NCBI GenBank assembly: GCA_964016885.1
Contig: OZ024747.1
Coordinates: forward strand, 43,524,001 to 43,588,000
Direction of reading: 5' to 3'
Origin: Eledone cirrhosa
Lineage: Eukaryota
DNA: 64,000 nucleotides
This document shows, piece after piece, positions 21,561 through 32,500 of the stretch (the first letter of the stretch is position 1; every line of letters starts with the position of its first letter). Made by a program: the position numbers and the translations under genes. The notes under the pieces were generated by a model. It did not search any database. It had not been told where the DNA came from and saw only the letters and a list, made by a program, of their open reading frames with translations.

Positions 21561-23830
21561 TCATCATCATCATCATCATCAACGTTTAACGTCCGTGTTC
21601 CACGCTTGCATGGGTTTGGACGGGGGTAGTCCCACTTGAGGCAAGAGTGATTGTCTTGCTCGCATAGGACTGTCTGGCAGGTTTTCTACAGTTGGATGCC
21701 CTTCCTAACACCAACCACATTTACAGTGTGGGTCTGGGAGGTTTTTACCGTGTTGCCTACACGGCCACATTACAGCGTGGACTGTGTGTTTTTTTGTCGT
21801 GACACCTACACGATCTCATTTGTTTCGGCCTCGATGGCGCGGCACCAACATAACTTTACATAGAACGGGGTGGTGTGGATCGGGTGGGGGTGGGGGTGGT
21901 GGGACGGGGTGTATTTTGTTAGAGATGCCTACTGGCTGGAGTAGGTTTTACTATATATTTAGGTAAGGCGGGTCTTCTCTGTTACTGAGTACCGCCAAAG
22001 GTCTCGGTCCAGTGACATTGTCTTGGAGAGGTGTAAGTGTGTGATGTCGGAGTTTATCAGCTCGTCCCAGGTTTTTCTAGGTCTGCCTATTCTGTGACTA
22101 CCGTCTATCTTTATTGCCCTGCACTTTGTTATACAGCTATCGACTTTCATGCGCATCACGTGTCCATACCAACGTAGCCTTCTCTCGAGTAAACAACATC
22201 TGATCCCTCTTATCTCTAATTTATTCCTTAGTTCGTTTATGCTTTGCCGTTCACGTATATTACTGTTACACATCCAGCGGAGCATGCAAGCTTCGTTCCT
22301 CTCTAGTCTGCGTATATCCTCTGCACACAATGCCCAGGTCTCACTGCCATGCAGCATTGCTGTTCGTATGCAGGCATCGTACAACCTGCCTTTCATTTTT
22401 AGTGAGAACCCTTTAGCAGCTAATAGTGGTATAAGCTCTCTGAACTTTTTCCAACCAGTTCTGACTCTAGCTACAGTACTTTCAGAGCACCCTCCCCCAC
22501 TGCTGATTTTATCGCCCAGGTAACGGAAGCTGTCCACTATTTCTATAGAACCCTCTGCGCAATTGAAAGAGCTAGTAGTTTGTGGGCACTTGCTGCTACT
22601 TATTGCACCAGAGCACCGGCCACATGTAAAATCTATGTTCTTAGTTAGCTTACCTGTGATCCCACTACATCTTTTATGCACCCATACTTTGCATTTAGGA
22701 CATAAAATGGAGTTTCTACCTACGCCTTTCCTACACACCGAGCACGACCATTTCCCAGAAGGGACCGCCGCCTTGTTTTCTTTCCTACAAACTAGTACTT
22801 TGGTCTTAGCCAGGTTAATTTTAAGTCCTTTTGACTCTAGGCCGTGCTTCCATGTTTGGAATTTCTTCTCTAGCTCGGCCATTGATTCCGCTATGAGTGT
22901 CAGGTCGTCTGCGTATAGGAGTTCCCATGGGCAGCCTGTCTTGAACTCCTCTGTTATAGCCTGAAGGGCAATAATAAATAGTAGTGGACTGAGAACAGAG
23001 CCCTGATGGACGCCGACTTTTACGCTAAACTCTTCACTATATTCGTTGTTAATTCTAACCTTGCTGACTGTTTCTTTATACATGGCTTGTATAGCCCTCA
23101 CAAGCCATTCGTCAACGCCTAGTTTTCTAAGAGCCCACCAGATAATGGAGCGGGGGACTCTGTCGAAGGCTTTCTCCAAGTCGACAAAAGCTAAGTAGAG
23201 GGGTTTACCTTTAGCTAGGTACTTCTCCTGTAGTTGTCGTACTATGAAAAGAGCGTCTGTGGTACTTTTGCCTGACACAAACCCGAACTGCATTTCATCT
23301 AGGTCAATTCTCTCTCTGATTAGTTGCGCTATTACTCTTTCCGTGACCTTCATGACCTGGTCGATTAATTTAATGCCTCTATAGTTACTCCTATCTAGGG
23401 CGTCTCCTTTACCCTTATAACAGTTAACGATGATGCTGCTATGCCAGTCCTTCGGAACAACCCCGTTCTGTACGACTTGGTTAACTATGCGGGTGACCAT
23501 GGTGTGTCCCACCGTGCCAGATGCCTTCAGCATCTCAGCAACTATTTCCGAAGGCCCAGCCGCCTTACCAGTCTTCATATCCTTGATTGCCTTACTTATT
23601 ATACTCCCCTCGACTAACACTGCTGGTCCCTCTATTGGGTCGATATGGGGGAGACTGCCTTTCTCCCAATTATTCTCCTCATTTAGAAGCCTTTCATAGT
23701 GACACTTCCAAGCTACCTTCTTATCAGCGTCGGTGATGGCAAGTGTGTCATCGTCGTTTAGTACACACTTCTCCCCGACAATATCACGGTTTTCCTTGAC
23801 GCATTGCCTAGCAATCCTGAACACCTCACG
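21561..23830 (-). mobile_element. 5'-truncated RTE LINE (same subfamily as 4268-8331)
   Basis: (ATC)n tail at 21561; UTR colinear; RT ORF uninterrupted. Confidence 0.93.
21959..23824 (-). CDS. RTE reverse transcriptase with PHD finger (N-terminally truncated, no endonuclease)
   Basis: 621 codons, about 22 amino-acid differences by eye from the matching part of 4574-7822; no native start codon. Confidence 0.85.
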   Translation of the reverse strand: MFRIARQCVKENRDIVGEKCVLNDDDTLAITDADKKVAWKCHYERLLNEENNWEKGSLPHIDPIEGPAVLVEGSIISKAIKDMKTGKAAGPSEIVAEMLKASGTVGHTMVTRIVNQVVQNGVVPKDWHSSIIVNCYKGKGDALDRSNYRGIKLIDQVMKVTERVIAQLIRERIDLDEMQFGFVSGKSTTDALFIVRQLQEKYLAKGKPLYLAFVDLEKAFDRVPRSIIWWALRKLGVDEWLVRAIQAMYKETVSKVRINNEYSEEFSVKVGVHQGSVLSPLLFIIALQAITEEFKTGCPWELLYADDLTLIAESMAELEKKFQTWKHGLESKGLKINLAKTKVLVCRKENKAAVPSGKWSCSVCRKGVGRNSILCPKCKVWVHKRCSGITGKLTKNIDFTCGRCSGAISSSKCPQTTSSFNCAEGSIEIVDSFRYLGDKISSGGGCSESTVARVRTGWKKFRELIPLLAAKGFSLKMKGRLYDACIRTAMLHGSETWALCAEDIRRLERNEACMLRWMCNSNIRERQSINELRNKLEIRGIRCCLLERRLRWYGHVMRMKVDSCITKCRAIKIDGSHRIGRPRKTWDELINSDITHLHLSKTMSLDRDLWRYSVTEKTRLT

Positions 23831-23840
23831 TTTTTATATA

Positions 23841-25038
23841 TTGGGTTGGCAAGAAAGTAATTTCGGTTTTTTAGTGTGAAATAAAAGTCATTTTTTTTCA
23901 TACAAAGAATGAACTTTAATGAATTATATATTTTTTATTTTGCTCGATGACCTTTTGCCATCTTTCTGGTCCTTATCAGCCAAAGACTGATGCAAGTGCG
24001 ATTTTAGGTCATCATCATTATTGAAAGTTTTACCATTTACAGAATTTTGCAAACTTCTAAATAAATGGTAATCTAATGGTGCAAGGTCAGGGCTATATGG
24101 TGAATGGGACATCGCCTCCCATCCATTTTCAAGAGTTAGCAAAGACAGGTGTAGTCTAGCGTTGTCATGGTGGAACACGATTCCTTTACGATTTGCCAAT
24201 TCTGGCCGTTTTTCTTTAATTGTTTCCTCCAGTTTCATTAGTTGTTGACAGTAAACATCTGAATTGATCGTTTGGTTCCTTGGAAGCAGCTCAAAATACA
24301 CAACACCTTTGTAATCCCACCAAATTGACAGCACAGCCTTTTTTTATGCAATTCAGTTTTCGATGTGGTTTGTGCAGGTTCATTACGCTTGGAACATGAT
24401 CGTTTTCGATTGATGTTATTACATTTTTCATCACCAGTGATGATTCATAAAAAAAAGAAGGTTGATTTCATTGTGTTTGGGATGCATATCGCAAATATAG
24501 ATTCGTTGTGTTAAGTGAGCCTCTTTCAATTTATGTGGAGCCCAAATATCGAGCTTCTTAACGAGTCCAAGACATTTTAAGTGATTTTCAATTGTTGTGT
24601 GTGATATATTTAACCTCTCTGCAATCTCTTGCACAGTTATATGACAATTAGATTCAATTATGGCTTTAGTCGACCAGAACGTTGGTCATCTTTGAGTGAA
24701 AAATCTCCAGAACGGAGTTTTTAGAACCATTTCTGACATGTACGTTCTGTTAAGCAATCAACATAATAAACTTCACATATCTCTTTGTGAGCCTCAGCAG
24801 CTTTCTTGCCTTTACAGAAATAAAACAGCAAAATATGGCGAAAATGTTCGTTTTTGCACTCCACGTTAAAATTGAGACTGAACTAACAGCTGTCAACAAA
24901 ATTATGCGCAATTTGCTTCTAAAGTAAACTAAAAGTAATGGCTATAAAATGTCAAAAGGAAAAAATCATAACATTGACAAAAGTCATTAAAAAAATCGTA
25001 ACTCTATCTAAAACGAAATTACTTTCTTGCCAATCCAA
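23841..25038 (-). mobile_element. Decayed mariner (DD34D) DNA transposon, mellifera-like TIRs
   Basis: TIRs TTGGGTTGGCAAGAAAGTAATTTCG / CGAAATTACTTTCTTGCCAATCCAA in TA context; WAPHKL (WVPHEL-like), HHDNAR and YSPDLAPLDYHLF motifs in broken ORFs 24431-24634 and 23924-24334. Confidence 0.92.
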
Positions 25039-25438
25039 AATATATATATATGTGTGTGTGTATATATATATGTATATATATATATACACATATAAAAGGT
25101 TATACTACATTTGCATCTAAACATTTAAAATACTTAAATCCTTAAGTTTTGTTTTGAAATACATGTTTCCTCTGTCTTCTATTACCAACATTTTCAGCAT
25201 CAATTTTGTCCACAACTATTTGTGGATTTTTACTGTACTTCATATATTTGTAACCATATCTATTTTACTTTATTTTATCTCATTTTATCTGCTCCTGATT
25301 TTTTATCTACTCCTATCTTTCACATGTATTCTGCATCAGTTGCTTGGTTACTTTGCATAAATATTAATGCTTGCTCTTATGTATCCTCCAAAGGTTCCTG
25401 AAGCAAAGTTTAGATCCTATATTTGTATTGAACTCTTG

Positions 25439-25492
25439 TAATAACTCTGAAGATCCTGCCTTGTGCTAGGATGAAACGGTTGTTAGTTATTA
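25439..25492 (+). ncRNA. Type I hammerhead-ribozyme-like motif
   Basis: TAATAACT-CTGAAGA-TCCT(10 nt)AGGA-T-GAAAC-GGTT-GTT-AGTTATTA, with a perfect 8-bp stem I. Confidence 0.55.
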
Positions 25493-25529
25493 AATGTTTG
25501 AATACACTTTGATTATTATCTACATTGTA

Positions 25530-25561
<32 letters not shown>

Positions 25562-25567
25562 GAGAGA

Positions 25568-25606
<39 letters not shown>

Positions 25607-25639
25607 TGGGATGAAAATAGTTTGCCCCAAGTTGACCCA

Positions 25640-26492
25640 AGAGAGGGACCAGCTCTGCAAGTCAGCAGTAGTATAGTAAGGCAATCAAGGATAGGAAGAC
25701 AGGCAAGGCAGCTGGACCTTCAGCAGTAGTTGCTGAGATGCTGAAAGCATCAGGAATGATGATCCCCACCATAGTCAGCCACATTGTAAACCAGATCTCT
25801 TGGAAATGGCTGCCTTGCTCAATGTGCAGAAAAGGAGTAGGTAGTAATTCTATCCTATGTCCCAAATGCAAACTATGGCTACACAAGAGGTGTAGTGGGA
25901 TCTCAGTCAGGCTAACAAAGAACGTAGGTTTTACACACATGGTCAGTGCACAGGGGCAGTAATTTGCAAGAGATCTCAGGATATAACCCCCCCCCCCCCT
26001 TCAAATTCCCAGAGGGCTCAGTAGAAGTAGTAGATAGTTTCTGTTACCTGAGTGACTAAATTAACAGTGGAGGTGGGTGTTCTGAAAGCACAGTAGCCAG
26101 AGTGAGATCGGGTTGGAGAAAGTTCAGGGAGTTACTACCACTGCTAAATACAAAAGGTTTTTCCTTCAAAATGAAAGGCAGATTGTATGATGCATGTATA
26201 CGAACAACAATGTTGTGTGCTAGCAGGACCTGGGTACTGCATACAGAGGACCTGTGAAGACTGGAATGAAATGAAGCCTCCATACTTCAATGGATGGTAA
26301 CAGTAATATACATGAATGGCAAAGCATAAATGAACTGCAAGAGAAGTTAGGCATAAGAGGGATCAGATGCAATGTGCAGGAGAGGAGATTGTGTTGGTAT
26401 GACATGTGATGTGTATGAAGGATGACAGCTGTATAAAAAGGTGCAGTGCACTGAAAGTCAATGGAAGCTATGAAGTGAACAGACCTAGGAAG
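25640..26492 (+). pseudogene. Degenerate RTE copy with the RT core deleted
   Basis: KTGKAAGPS..VAEMLKASG...VNQ joins directly to the PHD (PCSMCRKGVGSNSILCPKCKLWLHKRCSG) at ~25795, then GGGCSESTVARV and MKGRLYDAC; many stops and frameshifts. Confidence 0.88.
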
Positions 26493-26504
26493 AAGGCTGC
26501 TGAA

Positions 26505-26780
26505 GATTTCTGGAGAGTATATATTTTCAGAGAGTATATATTTCCAGAGAGTATATATATCTGGAGAGTATATATTTCTGGGGAGTCTATATTTACAGAG
26601 AGTATATATTTCTGGAGAGTATATATTTCCAGAGAGTATATATATCTGGAGAGTATATATTTCCAGAGAGTATATATTTCTGGAGAGTATATATTTCTGG
26701 AGAGTATATATTTCCGGAGAGTATATATTTCCAGAGAGTATATATTTCTGGAGAGTATATTATTCTGGAGAAGATGTATC
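26505..26780. repeat. ~17-bp minisatellite (TGGAGAGTATATATTTC variants), ~15-16 copies
   Basis: Direct tandem repeat. Confidence 0.92.
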
Positions 26781-26894
26781 TATGGAAGAAATATGGGAAG
26801 AATTTCTACATGGTTACTTGATTTGCTAGAAATAGAAACCAAGTCTCACTTAAATTACGCATTACTCTTTTAATAATAGTAATTTTAGATACTG

Positions 26895-27232
26895 GAATGG
26901 ACCTCCATTGATTTGATGATAAATGTTCCAGTTGTTCAATTAATGAAACAGCCTGCTCTGGAAATTAAAGTGTTCATGGCTGAGCATTCCACAGATATGT
27001 GTACCCTTAATGTACTTCTCAGGGAAGTTCAGCATGGCACAATGAGTGAAACACAACTGACCCTTCAAATTACTGATACAGTCCATCCAAACAGTTTCCA
27101 TCAATGTAGTTTCACTCATGAGGTATGGGCAAGCCTGAGACTGTAGTAAATGACACTTGCCCAAGATATTATGCAGTAGGGTTGAACATGAGATCTCATG
27201 ATTTTAAAGTAAACTTCTTAACCACACAGTTG
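26895..27232 (-). mobile_element. Old SINE(s), tRNA head plus CORE-like segment
   Basis: Minus strand CTGTGTGGTTAAGAAG...TGTTCAACCC...CTTGGGCAAGTGTCATTTACTA; similar to family C. Confidence 0.55.
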
Positions 27233-27833
27233 TAGGTACACTACCTGAATAAAATATGCTCTGTCATGGCTGATTTAGGTTTGACTATGAACAAGACAAG
27301 TGGAAAATTTTCTTGTGCCAAAATATCACTCCTTGTTAAAATGATATTTGCAGATAGAATTTTCAAAAATAATAAAAAGAAAGAAAAACAAAGAACTTAA
27401 TATGACAATATCAAATAATGGCTCCAATTTACAGTAAATACATTCGTAGTCATACAGAAATTCTTGAAGTGGTTTCTTTATTTCAAATCTTAATTTTGCC
27501 CTATACTATGTTTGTTTGCCATTTCTTTCACAAAGGAATTGGTCTGATTTCTACTCTATTGTGAGCTTCTTCCGCTTCTCTGGAATAATCACAGAATTAT
27601 CCTGGAAATGGAATTATCTGCTGAAATGTCATGTAATAAGCAAGCTACAAAGAAAACGGAAATAAATAAATTGGAAAATAACAAAAGAACATTGTAGAAA
27701 CTTTTATTTCTAATTTTAAAACTACTTTTATCAAGATACTAGTTTCTCTCAATAAGGCACCTATGTTTTCTTCATTACTAAAGAAATAACAGTGGTGTTT
27801 TGGTTTTCATGCTTTTCCCTGGGGGTGGAGGGC

Positions 27834-27834
<1 letters not shown>

Positions 27835-27881
<47 letters not shown>

Positions 27882-27920
27882 TTTACGTCCGCTTTTCCCT
27901 GCTTGAAAGGGTTGGACAAA
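27835..27920 (-). mobile_element. SINE-B/RTE-type 3' tail with a long (ATC)n
   Basis: TTTTACGTCCGCTTTTCCCTGCTTG matches the family B terminus. Confidence 0.75.
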
Positions 27921-28026
27921 TTGAAAAAGGTAAAGGGAAAACTGTCCTGACATATGTCTTTGGCATTTTAAATCTGGCAGATCCCATCCTTCTCTTGGCT
28001 GTGGCACGGCCAATTTCTACACAAAA

Positions 28027-28028
<2 letters not shown>

Positions 28029-28083
<55 letters not shown>
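28029..28083. repeat. (GA)n microsatellite
   Basis: Seen directly. Confidence 0.95.
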
Positions 28084-28086
<3 letters not shown>

Positions 28087-30254
28087 AGGAGGAACCAGCT
28101 CCATTACTGGACTGGCATTTATCACCCTCAAAAAGATGACAAACAAACCTCAGAGGATTTCAACTCAGAGTGCAATAAGCTGAAACAACCGAGAGCATTG
28201 CTACAACAATAATTTGTTGATCTTTTAGGGAGAATACACTGTTGTCCCCATTGGTTACCCTACTAGAAATTTGACTTCACCCCTCACTAATTACACTGTG
28301 GTCAATTTGGTTATTGTGGGGGGACTTATACTTATGAAATACATTGACATATATGTATGGTTATGTGTATTGGGTCATTTAATTGTTAACCCTATCAATA
28401 TCAATATGAAAGATATTGCCTATAATGTTCAAATAATTTTGAAGATAATCAAGAATTTGGAAGGATTTTATGAAATAACTAGCTTTCTCATTATTAACTT
28501 GTCATTTGGAACATAATTTAACAAAAAAATTTTACAGAAAAATATAAACACTTCAAAATAAATACTTTTATATCATAGAACTAGAGGCAATTTAAGTTGG
28601 TTTCATACTAAAAGGCTAACACATCTAAAGATGCACTGTTGTGCTTATGACAGAGAGTGAACTTTTGACCCTTCATCTAGGAGTTAGATATCTTCCTAGT
28701 TTCACCATTGACAGATTTTCTGTATAGTTGTACAACTTACCAGAAACATTAGCCTAATCTCTCACTCAAACCATACTTAACTGTCTTTAAGAATTGGAAA
28801 TATGTCTTAGATAATATAACAGAAATAAAATTAAAGGCACAGAAAAAAGTGTTTAAATTGCAATTTATAAGTTTTCAGTTAGATTTTTTTTTCTTGTCAT
28901 ATTTTTATGGATTTCAGTTTTCACTGTCTTAAATAAATTATTTTCTTATGGAATTTAAATGAAATATGACATTTTTCCTGTGGTATTTTTCAGTAACATT
29001 TTTCCTGGACTCAACACAACCTGAGATAAACTGTCTGAAAATGCTGGATGGTTTGGCCTGATTACTTTTGATCATAGGTCTATTTGATCAAAGCTATCAT
29101 GGGCTGACTTAGGGTTAAACAGTGATAATTATGTCTCTACCATCTGCAACAAACACTCACACCAATGGAATTTAAGACTATTTCTCATTTCATCTTTGGA
29201 AAATATATTTGGAATCCAGTGATTTGATTATTGACCCATAGGAAACCCTGCAACCTATGGCACTACTCTTCACCAAATGCCATGTAAATCTTTAGAAATA
29301 TTTCCTATAATTAAAACCTTAAAAGTACATAAATATTTCAAGATCAATGCAAAATATTGGTTAGGATAGTTTTTGAGTCTCCACTTAGAAAACTAGTTTG
29401 CAGACACCATCTCAATAGAAGTCAGAGATCAATTAAAATTTAAATAGTCCTCATTGTTGCAACATTGGTTTCCTTTGAAGAAAGACATTTATAAATTAAA
29501 TAATTTAATTTTATAACAGTTTGACTTTAAATAAAGACATATTTATGGGAGGTAGTGTTTATTTCAATATTTTTTTCATATAAAAGCAGTTGGAAGCCAT
29601 CAAAATGAAATTAATTTTTTTTATAAATTAACTTTAAAATATCTCTCTCAACTTTAATCATTTGGGAAATTATTTCATTAATTTTTAATTATAACAGAAC
29701 AGAGAAACCAAAAACTGCTTCATTCTGAACTAAAGAACTTTCAATAATTTGACTTTTTCTCTGCCTTGTAATTTATTTTATCTTTCTACTTCTAACTTCT
29801 ATTTTAAGAAGATTTATCTATTTTTACTTTTTATAATTTTCTTCTGTTTACTGTTCAAATCTGATATGATTTCCTCATTTAAAAATGTCAATTAAATCAT
29901 TTGAAAAAAGTTTTATATATTTTCTATTAAAGTGCAGTAATTTTAATAAAATTCATTCACAAATGATTTTCAACTTAATATTCTTGAAATATTTCTCCTC
30001 CATATATTTTTCTTTTTTTTTGTTTTGCTTTTGCTTTCCTTTGTTTTTTGTTCATTTATTTATTTATTTATTATTTTGGTGTCTTCCTGTTAGGAATTTG
30101 TCAAAGATATCTAGCAATATTAAAATCTTAATACTTCTTATTGAAATGAATAATTTACACGACTCCAATAGAATTCAGGTTTTCAATTTGGTTCCAGTCT
30201 GACTTCAGCATCACTTTGAATTTCTTTCATTTATGAAAGGACTCTTCTCATAAT

Positions 30255-30600
30255 AGGTGCAGACATAACTGTCTGCAATAGATGCAAGTAGTAGTTATGA
30301 AGTTCACTTTGTAATCACATGATTTCAAGTCCAGTCACATGATTTCAGATTCAGTCACATGGTTCTATACTTGGGTAAGTATTTTCTATCAGAGTCTCAA
30401 GTTGACCAATGCCTTGTGAGGGAAATTTGGTAGCTAAGAACTACGCAAAAGTCAGTTGTATGTGTGTGCGCGTGTGTGTGTTTGCATACATGTGTGACTG
30501 ATAGTACTGCTGCTGTGTGGCAGTGTGTATATGTGCATATCCATGTATGTATTTACATTGATGCTACTGGGTGTGTGTGTATATGTGTGTATGTGCGTGT
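30255..30600 (+). mobile_element. Old SINE family C with a degenerate (TG)n tail
   Basis: CTTGGGTAAGT...GACCAATGCCTTGTGAGGGAAATTTGGTAG resembles 13478-13633; TG-rich tail runs into the satellite. Confidence 0.55.
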
Positions 30601-32373
30601 AGTATAGTGTAGTGTAGCATAATGTAGTATAGTGTGGTATAGTGTAGTGTAATGTAGTGTAATGTAAAGCAGTGTAGTGTAGTGTAATGTAGTGTAGCAT
30701 AATGTAGTGTGGTATAGTGTAGCGTAAGGTAGTGTAGTGTAATGTAGTGTAGTGTAGTATAATGTAGTGTCGTTTTGTGTAATGTAGTGTAGTTTAATGT
30801 AGTGTAGTGTAGTGTAGGGTAGTGTAGTGTAATGTAGTGTAATGTAATGTAATGTAGTGTAGTGTAATGTAGTGTAATGTAGTGTAATATAGTGTAGTGT
30901 AGTGTAACGTAGTGTAGTGTAGTGTAGGGTAGTGTAATGTAGTGTAATGTAGAGTAATGTAGTGTACTGTAGTGTAGTTTTGTGTCGTGTAGTGTAATGC
31001 AGTGTAATGTAGTGTAGTGTAGGGTAGTGTAATGTAGTGAAATGTAGTGTAGTGTAATGTAGTGTAGTGTAATGTAGTGTAATGTAATGCAGTTTTGTAT
31101 AGTCTAATGTAGTGTAGTAGAGTGTAATGTATTGTAGTGTAATGTAGTGTAATGTAGTGTAATGCAGTGTAATGTAGTGTAATGTAATGTAGTGTAATGT
31201 AATGTAGTGTAATGTAGTGTAGTGTAATATAGTGTAATGTAGTGTAGTGTAATGTAGTGTAATGTAGTGTAGTGTAATGTAGTGTAGTGTAGTGTAGTAT
31301 AATCTAGTGTAGTGTAATATAATGTAGTGTAATGTAGTGTAATGCAGTGTAGTTTTGTCTAGTGTAATGTAGTGTAATGTAGTGTAGTTTTGTGTAGTTT
31401 AACGTAGTGTAATGTAGTGTAGTATAATGTAGTGTAGTGTAATGTAATGTAGTGTAATGTAGTGTAGTGTAATGTAGTGTAGTGTAATGCAGTGTAATGT
31501 AGTGTAATGTAATGTAGTGTAATGTAGTGTAGTGTAATGTAGTGTAATGTAGTGTAATTTAGTGTAGTGTAACGTAGTGTAGTGTAGTGTAATGTAGTGT
31601 AATGTAGTGTAGTGTAATGTAGTGTAGTGTAATTTAGTGTCATGTAATGTAGTATAATCTAGTGTAGTATAAGGTAGTGTAGTGTAATGTAGTGTCGTGT
31701 AATGTAGTGTAGTGTAATATAATGTAGTGTAATGTAGTGTAATGCAGTGTAGTTTTGTGTAGTGTAATGTAGTGTAATGTAGTCTAACGTAGTGTAGTGT
31801 AATGTAGTGTAGTGTAATGTAGTGTAATGTACTGTAGTGTAATGTAGTGTAATGTAATGTAGTGTAATGTAGTGTAGTGTAGTGTAATGTAGTGTAATGT
31901 AGTGTAGTGTAATGTATTGTAGTGTAGTGTAGTGTAGTGTAATGTAGTGTAATATAGTGTAATGTAGTGTAGTGTAATGTAGTATAATATAGTGTAATAT
32001 AGTGTAATGTAGTGTAGTTTTGTGTTGTGAAGTGTAATGCAGTGTAATGTAGTGAAATGTAATGTAGTGTAGTGTAATGTAGTGTAATGTAGTGTAGTGT
32101 AATATAGTGTAGTGTAGTGTAATGTAGTGTAATGTAGTGTAGTTTTGTGTAGTGTAATGTAGTGTAGTGTAGTGAAATGTAGTGTAATGTAGTGTAAGGT
32201 AGTGTAGTTTTGTGTAGTGTAATGTAGAGTTGTGTAGTGTAGTATAATGTAGTGTAATGTAGTATAGTGTAATGTAGTGTAATGTAAAGCAGTGTAATGT
32301 AGTGTAAATCAGTGTAGTGTAGTGTAGTGTATTGTAGTGTATAGTAGCATAATGTAGTGTTGTATAGTGTAGT

Positions 32374-32500
32374 ACAGGATAGTATAGTGCAGTGCAACAC
32401 TGTTACTAAGTAAGAAGTAGTCTAAATTGGACAGGAGTTGTCTTCCAACATCTCACTCTCTATAAATATATGTAGCACTGCCATAGCATGGTTCATGATA
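32374..32500. repeat. Satellite island copy 1 (type A)
   Basis: ACAGGATAG...CAACACTGTTACTAAG...GGACAGGAGTTGTCTTCCAAC...CATAGCATGGTTCATGATA. Confidence 0.95.

Noticed and set aside
26406-26873. 155-aa ORF
   Set aside because: A decayed RTE C-terminus read through into a 17-bp minisatellite
27530-27640. Possible minus-strand exon in unique sequence
   Set aside because: All frames after candidate acceptors hit stops within ~20 codons and no product is recognisable
32374-32500. Satellite island as a coding exon (MNHAMAVLHIFIESEMLEDNSCPI)
   Set aside because: Stop position and residues differ among copies, no consistent splice signals are evident, and I recognise no homolog
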